A DNA stretch of 64,000 bases from contig OX597821.1 of the NCBI GenBank assembly GCA_951406725.2, positions 3,472,001 to 3,536,000 on the forward strand, read 5' to 3'. Positions 56,226 through 64,000 of the stretch are shown here, piece after piece. The translations under genes were made by a program, and so were the position numbers. A model generated the notes under the pieces. It ran no database searches, was not told where the DNA came from, and was given only the letters and a program-made list of their open reading frames with translations. Source of the stretch: Octopus vulgaris (Eukaryota). Within the stretch, counting starts at the first letter, position 1. Each line of letters opens with the position of its first letter.

Positions 56226-59130
56226 CTATGCAGCTGCCCTCATCTGCACCTCCTGCCGTGAAGTTGGTTCATCTGGGACACCTGACAATAGGAGATCAAG
56301 TTTTATTTTAAAGACATCTGCATCCACCCCATGCAGGTCTCTTAGGTTCTTCGGGAGGATATTGAAGAGCTGTGGACTTCGGAAGCCCAGGCTATCACAG
56401 TATCTTGTCCTACATCTTGATGGCAAATTCGGAGTCCTTGGCACTGTGCAGTGGCGCCCAGTTCTGGCATTTGTGTAACTCTCGATGCAAAAGTTTGGGA
56501 CAAGTCCTTCTAGGATCTTCCAGAGGTATATTATGGCATATCTTTCTCGCCTAAGCTCTAAGGAATAGAGTCTCAAGCTCTTAAGTCTTTCCCAATAGCT
56601 TATATGCTGCACAGAGGCTATCTTCTTCATGTAGCTTTGTTGGATCGCCTCAAGTTCTGTGATTAACTTGACACTGGATGGTGACCATAGCTGAGAGCAA
56701 TAGTCAAAGTGGCTTAGATCAAGTGTCCTCCAAGTGACCATCATGGTTTCCTGGTCTCTTGTTCTAAAGGTTCTAAGAATCCACCCGGTCAGCCGCCTAC
56801 ATTTCATTGCCAATTTAGCAACATGCACATGAAAGGTTACATCATCACTCATGTAAATACCCAGGTCTCGCACTGACTGTGACTCTGGGATTGCACTCCC
56901 TCCAGGTCCAGTGTATTTATTGGGTATTGCATTTAGTTTTGCATGTTGATAGCATAAAGCTTGAAACTTTTCAGCATTGAACTGCATGCTATTTTTTTCA
57001 GCCCAGTTGCATATTTTGTCCAGCTCACATTGCAGGTGCGTAGTGTCTTCAGGGCTCTGTACTGCCTGTGAAACTTTTGTATCATCTGCATAACTTGTGA
57101 TCGTGGCTTTCTGCGTGGCTGAGGGCATGTTTGAGAGGGCCATTATGAACAGTAGTGGTCCCAAAACAGTGCCTTACGTAAGACCGCTCACTATTTGCGT
57201 GTTAATGGAAGTGGCTCCATTGGCTACCCGACTTCTATACTTCAGAAAGTCATGAAGCCATTCTCCCAAGTTTCCAACTGTGCCAAGATCACGCAGTTTG
57301 TGACATATCATTCCATGATCGACTTTATCAAATGCCTTTGCAAAGTCGAGATATATAACTTCCACATTTGAGTGGTTGAACAGTCGTTTCAGCACCCAGT
57401 CATAGTGTTGTAGGGGCTGAGTTAAGCAGCTTCTTCCTGGTCGGAAACCATGTTGGGTGTCAGGCAGCAAGTCATTTTCTTCAAGGAAGGTTATTAGTTT
57501 CCTTCTGACTATTCGTTCCATGACCTTGCTGATGTGTGAGGTCAGAGAGATAGGTCTGTAGTTCTTGGCCTCCGCTCTGCTACCTCCTTTATGAATAGGG
57601 CATAGTTTAACTTCCTTCAGTTTTCTTGGGAGTTTACCAGTTGCAAGGAAGCTCTGAAAGAAGAACTGCAGTGGTCTTCCTAGGACTCTCTTACATACTT
57701 TTAGAAGGATTGCTGGGAATCTATCGGGGCCAGTAGCTGAGTTTGTTTTCATTTCATCAATAGCCTTTATTATATCGTCTTCATTTATGTTGATGTAATC
57801 AATCATCGCTGCCTCTGATTTTATATCTGCAATGGTAAAGAAGTCAGTTGGATTGCTGACCTGAAAATGCCCTAGGGGTGGAGTGAAAATACTCTTCAAT
57901 TGCTCATTTAGTATTTCACTTACCCTCATTGTATTTCCTGTGAGTGTGCCATCCTTTTCAAGGAGTGGCCTATCCTGCAGTGCACCGTAGCTGTTTCTTT
58001 GGCATACCTGTAGAAAGCTCTGGGGTTAGATTTTATGTCTTCTTTGTCTGCTCTTTCTTTTCATGAGAGAGTTGCACACATTTTTCAATTTCCAACAGTT
58101 TTATCTTCAGGCGGGACTTTTCACTGCTTTCAATTTGTTTGTTTAGGCGATTTGAAACTTTTGTACGCCGTCTCATTAGAATTTTCCTCTCTCTGGGGAT
58201 TTCGTTCTTGTGTACAGTGGCCTTTCTCTCTGGGACACATTTGTAGCATATGGCTTGCATTACAGATATGAATTGTTGAAGTTTCATGTCGATGTCTGGC
58301 GAGGAGTGACATTCAGGTCAGTTTTGTTTCAGGATCTCTTTCTCAATTTGTTTCCAGTTTGCCTTATGGAAAGATTCTGAGAGTGTCTTGTAGGCTGCAT
58401 GTCCATGCTTTTCTTTGGCCCGTACATGGTCAGCTCTACCATGTTGTGATCCGAGAGTAGTGTCGGTGACACTTTCACATTATGGATGAGATCCATATTA
58501 TTTGTGAAGCAGAGATCCAGTATGTTACCTGCCCTGCTTATTTGGAGTATTATTTGCTCCATGTACAGAGTGTTGATGAGGTTCAGGAGCGACTGCGCCT
58601 GTCCTCGTTCACATCGTGTCATTCCTGGGAGAGAAAGAACCCTCGGGCCATCTGACAATGGGCAGATTGAAATCTCCCAAAAGAAGTACACTTATGTGTT
58701 GTTCTAATGTGACTAGAACTTCTATTCTTATAAGGCAGTCTTCAAATTTGCCTACATGGCTTGGGGCATCTGGAGAGCGATATGTAGCACATATAACTAC
58801 ACTAAATTGCCTTATATTTACAATTAGTGTGTCACACACCGAATTTGAGTATGAGAAAAGGACCTGGGGTGTGAGGTCCTCGCAAATGTACATAGCAACT
58901 CTTCCATGACTCCTTTATTTTCTGTCGGTCCGTAGTACAACATACTGTGGTATGTGTATTTCCGCATCTGCTATGTCCGGTTTCAGGTGTGTTTCCCTAA
59001 GTGCTATGCATAAGGCTTGATTGCATACAAGAAAGTATCTCAAGAACGGGATTTTTGTCCTGTTACTGAGTGTTAGCAGTCTTCTGATGTTCAGTAGGTG
59101 AATCGAGGTGATGTGTATGCTGTTGCCGTT
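56226..59130 (-). pseudogene. LINE ORF2 (AP endonuclease plus reverse transcriptase), frameshifted
   Basis: LLNIRRL, ETHLKP, ATYRSP, LLGDFNLP, NILDLCFTN, LSDHNMV; NYRPISLTSHISKVMERIV, QHGFRPGRSCLTQ, YLDFAKAFDKVDH, GPLLF, YADDTK, RDLGI, FKIKLDLLLSGVPDEP. Confidence 0.95.
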
Positions 59131-59189
59131 GTTGTCCACCTTGGGTCTATTTGCTGTGGCGGTCTTGTGTATTGTGGACAGTCCCATCT

Positions 59190-60035
59190 GCTAGATTGAG
59201 TTTGATGGAGCCAGTTTAGCTGCTGTACAATCTTTTGTACCATGCACAAAAAAGGTTCTTGTTCAGCATCTGCCCTTTCAACAACATTATGTTGGTGGTT
59301 TGTAGCACGCACCACATCTGCGTACCTCCGTTTTGGGCCAGGTGGTGCGTGGTCCATTTTCCTTTTGGTAGTAGGTTTTTGCCCTGTTTCTTGTTTATGT
59401 GGCGAGGTCTTTGGTGTGCAAAACGGCATTCTGCACCTTCCTCTCCATGCCAGCAGACACCTTTCAGTTAGAATTTACACAATCGTCTACGCTGTCTCTT
59501 TCAATTCTTTTTTTGTACATGGATAGTCAGGTTTGCTTCTATCCTTGGCTGTTTCATCTTTTTTTTATGTTTTAGTTTTTCCTTCTTTGGCTGTTTCATC
59601 TTTTGTTTTTCTTTTAGTTTTTCCTCCTTTTACTTCTTTTTTGGCTCTTTCATCTCCATGGTTTTGGCTTTTGGTGCTGGTAGGGGCACTTGCACTTGGG
59701 TTTACTTCCCGGGCAGGTTTCTCACTTGAATCTTCTTTGTTGTCCTGGGTGTCTACCAAGTGGTGGTGACATCTTTCGTCAGCACCCGTGCCTCCATCCT
59801 TGCAATATTTACTGTGTTCGTTGTCAAAGATGGCATCAAGCGTGCCAATGTGAGATCTAATGAGTGCATAGGAGCGTATAAACTCCTGATTCTTTCGCTC
59901 TATCTGTGCTATCGTCCTTGTATATCCACTGCTCTTCAGCGCAGCTATAATTATGTTGTTCGGATTATCTCCGTCGGCTCATCGCAAGGCTCTATGGAAC
60001 AGTGCCCATTCGTTACTCCTCCAGGTTCTGGACAT
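59190..60035 (-). pseudogene. LINE ORF1 with a Lys/Glu-rich region and a CCCH zinc finger
   Basis: ATG at 60035; disrupted frame; CKF*LKGVCWHGEEGAECRFAH at 59414-59479; RRYADVVR motif. Confidence 0.7.
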
Positions 60036-60089
60036 TTTTGGATATTTTATTTATTTATATATCTAATTATATTTAAAATTTAATAGTGC

Positions 60090-60768
60090 GATAGAGGGTA
60101 GAGAAGAAATAGAGAAAAAAGTATCTATGTATTTAGAGAGATTGAGAGCTGAGAGAAGATAAGAAGAGAGTAGGAGAGAGTGAGAGGAGAAAGTTCGCGT
60201 CTATATATTTAGAAAAATTGAGAGGCTGAGAGAGGAAAGATGGTGCGACAGAGAGAAGTGAAGAAGTGAATAGACAAGGAAAGAGGCGTGAGGGAGAGAA
60301 GTGAAAAGACAGAGAGAGAAAGAAATGAAAGAGAGAAGGTTATGCAAAAGATTGAGCGGTTGAGAGAAGATAAGAAGAGAGTGAAAGAGAGTATATATAT
60401 TGAGGAAGATTGAGAAGCTAGGAGAAGAAAGATGGTGTGATAGAGAAAGAGATGAAAGATAGGAAGTGATGCAAAAGATTGAGCGGCTGAGAGAAGACAA
60501 GGAGAGAGTGAGAGTCTATAAATTTAGGAAGATTGAGCGGCTGAGAGAAGAAAGATGGTGTGATAGAGAGAAGTGAAGAGACAGAGAGAGAAAGAAAAGA
60601 AAGAGAGGAGGTTACGAAGCTGAAACAGAAATTGAAAGACCATTAACAGAATGTAAATTATAAATATACACCTGTCCGTAGGTACAAACGTTTTCTTCTA
60701 AACTAAACTAATTGCGACTATACCTCTAGTGTTCGCGTATATATATTTAGGGAGATTGAGGGGCTGAG

Positions 60769-60819
<51 letters not shown>

Positions 60820-60912
60820 CAGCAAATAAATATATGCCTATCTGAAATTGAATAATTTTAAAGAGATGTAACGGAGCTGAAACAGAAATTGAATGGTTAT
60901 TGAGGGGCTGAG

Positions 60913-60953
<41 letters not shown>

Positions 60954-61060
60954 AAAGTAACAAATAAATATAGGCCTATCTAAAACTGAATAATTTTAAA
61001 GAGATGTATTGAGAAACGGACCTGAAACTGAAATTGAAAGATTATTAACAGAATGTAAAC
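60090..61060 (+). repeat. Purine-rich degenerate minisatellite and local duplications
   Basis: Recurrent AGATTGAG(A/C)GGCTGAGAGAAGA and GAAAGATGGTG(C/T)GA(C/T)AGAGA units; CTGAAAC(A/T)GAAATTGAA three times. Confidence 0.85.
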
Positions 61061-61357
61061 AGAGAATAGGTCCTTACATTGAATTACGGGAAAATAAACA
61101 AATGAAAAGGGTACTTATCTTATAAGAGGTAGAAGTCCCAAAATCTTCTCCCTTTACGAAAGTACATTTTATATCCCCTCGTTTCTATTCTGTCTAGGTA
61201 AAGGGTCTACTCTTGGCATAGATCCAAGCTTTTAAGCAACATGGTCTGATCAAATCATTGTATATATACATACATATATATATATACATACATATATATA
61301 TATACATACATATATATATACATACATAAATATATATATACATACATACATATATAT

Positions 61358-61400
<43 letters not shown>

Positions 61401-61415
61401 CATACATACATATAT

Positions 61416-61448
<33 letters not shown>

Positions 61449-61467
61449 CATACATACATACATATAT

Positions 61468-61567
<100 letters not shown>

Positions 61568-61814
61568 GTCGTTTTATAATGTTCGGTGTGAACATGTTTC
61601 TGTGATCAGGCATCATTCTCTTGGTGAATGATTTACTCCTACGTATTTTGTCTAATGCATTCTTCCTTTTTTTACGTTGTATAGAGTAGTCTAAGACTTG
61701 TGGAAGCCGATAGCACTGAACAGACAAACATACAAATGCATTGTATATATTACACACGCTCATACATATATGTATACATATGTGTTCGTACCTCTCTCTC
61801 CCTATATATATATG

Positions 61815-61918
<104 letters not shown>

Positions 61919-62554
61919 AATAAATATATATAAACGCTTACAAGTGTGTGTGTTTGTATGTAGGCATGTGTTATGATATCATATTTATGAAACCGTTTAA
62001 ATATAATCATTGAAATTAGATTCTAAAATTGATTCCAATATGAGCACGTTAAAAGCCATAAGACCTATAATAGATTCCATGTTCATCCAACCTCTTCTTT
62101 TCTACAAACGGATTCAATTTTGGTTGAATACATTAACAACCACTAAATTATCGGATGGAATCACAAAGAAATATTTTCCAACTTATGTGGTCAATATTTG
62201 AATATATGTTGTACTTCCAACTATTATTTGCCAATAATATCTGAAATAAATTGTTTTATAACAGCTTTCGAATATTCACGTGTATGTACATGAACATATT
62301 TTACTGTATAACACGTCAATATTTCAATAATGGTTTGTATTACAGATTATTACCACTAGCAATACGAGAATGTAATATTGTTGCTATGCACATGTGTGTG
62401 TACGACTTTGTTTCTGCACATGCCTGGTGTGGCACCTGAATAAGTTTTACTAGTAAACCTTGCAAATGCCAATATACGTAAATATAATTTATGCTTGATT
62501 TCTCTGTTTTGTACCGGAATGAACTTATAATATTTTGCCCTCACATATATATAT

Positions 62555-62887
62555 TTACTGTCCACAAGGGGCTAAACATAAAAGGGACAAACAAGGACAG
62601 CCAAAGAGTTTAAGTCCATTACATAGACCCCAGTGCAAAACGACAGACGAAATACCTATTTCTTTACTACCCACTAAGGGCTACACACAGAGGGGACAAG
62701 CAAGGACAGACAAACGGATTAAGTCGATTATATCGACTCCAGTGCGTAAATGGTACTTAATTTATCGAACCCGAAAGGATGAAAGGCAAAGTCGACCTCG
62801 GCGGAATTTGAATTCAGAACGTAACGGCAGAGGAAATACGGTTACGCATTTCGCTCGGCGTGCTAACTTTTCTGCCAGCTCGCCGTC
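62555..62887 (-). mobile_element. SINE family B, dimeric form
   Basis: Full head and core, two tails; same internal junction as 6470-6510. Confidence 0.9.
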
Positions 62888-62994
62888 TTTTTTGCCCTCA
62901 CATATAGTTAATATATGGATACATTCTCTACTACAAAATATTTTACACCACACTATCTCAAACTTTTAAAGCCAGGACATTTTCAGCACCGCCT

Positions 62995-63024
<30 letters not shown>

Positions 63025-63026
<2 letters not shown>

Positions 63027-63242
63027 CTCTTTACTCTTTTACTCTTTTACTTGTTTGAGTCATTTGACTGCGGCCATGCTGGAGCACCGCCTTTAGTCGA
63101 GCAAATCGACCCCGGGACTTATTCTTTGTAAGTCCATTACTTATTCTATCGGCCTCTTTTGCCGAACCGCTAAGTGACGGGGACGTAAATACACCACCAT
63201 CGGTTGTCAAGCAATGCTAGGAGGAAAAACACAGACACACAA

Positions 63243-63283
<41 letters not shown>

Positions 63284-63437
63284 CATATATACGACAGTCT
63301 TCTTTCAGTTTCTGTCAACCAAATCAACTCACAAGGCATTGGTCGGCCAGGGGCTATAGCAGAAGACACTTGCCCAATATGCCACGCAGTGGGACTGAAC
63401 CCTAAACCATGTGATTAGTTAGCAAGCTACTTACCAC
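63025..63437 (-). mobile_element. SINE family A
   Basis: Near full-length reverse-complement match. Confidence 0.92.
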
Positions 63438-63469
63438 ATATATATATATGCATTTTCAAAATGTATGTA

Positions 63470-64000
<531 letters not shown>

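Larger units (their letters stand above)
56096..60041 (-). mobile_element. Full-length decayed CR1-group LINE (ORF1 plus endonuclease/RT ORF2)
   Basis: (AAAAAT)n tail at 56096-56112. Probable 15-bp TSD ATAT(C/T)TTATTTATTT at 56081 and 60042. ORF fragments are in the canonical order. Confidence 0.9.

Noticed and set aside
60090-60600. Repeat-spacer-like periodicity (CRISPR-like)
   Set aside because: Degenerate purine-rich minisatellite with non-unique spacers, in a eukaryotic context with no cas genes.

Overview
AT-rich, repeat-saturated eukaryotic DNA with no recognisable host gene exon, tRNA or rRNA. Nearly all listed ORFs are microsatellite artefacts. The SINE families and extreme (TA)n/(TATC)n/(CA)n load suggest an octopus (coleoid cephalopod) intron or intergenic region; this is inference, not a database result. 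Contents: three tRNA-derived SINE families (about 30 copies), a full-length decayed CR1-group LINE (56096-60041, minus, with TSD), a deleted Tx1/L1-group LINE (about 28430-31195, plus), and mariner and Tc1 transposase relics. The most notable signal is non-coding: several unrelated families of short non-autonomous elements, mostly beside (TA)n tracts, arranged as fold-backs or permuted monomers and carrying type I hammerhead ribozyme motifs (CUGANGA...GAAA...UH, often with a palindromic stem III). This is the architecture of Penelope-like pseudo-LTRs and non-LTR retrozymes. The CR1-group LINE also shares its 3' terminus, with a covarying stem-loop, with the most abundant SINE, marking it as the likely mobilising partner. 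Coordinates were read by eye and repeat boundaries are approximate.
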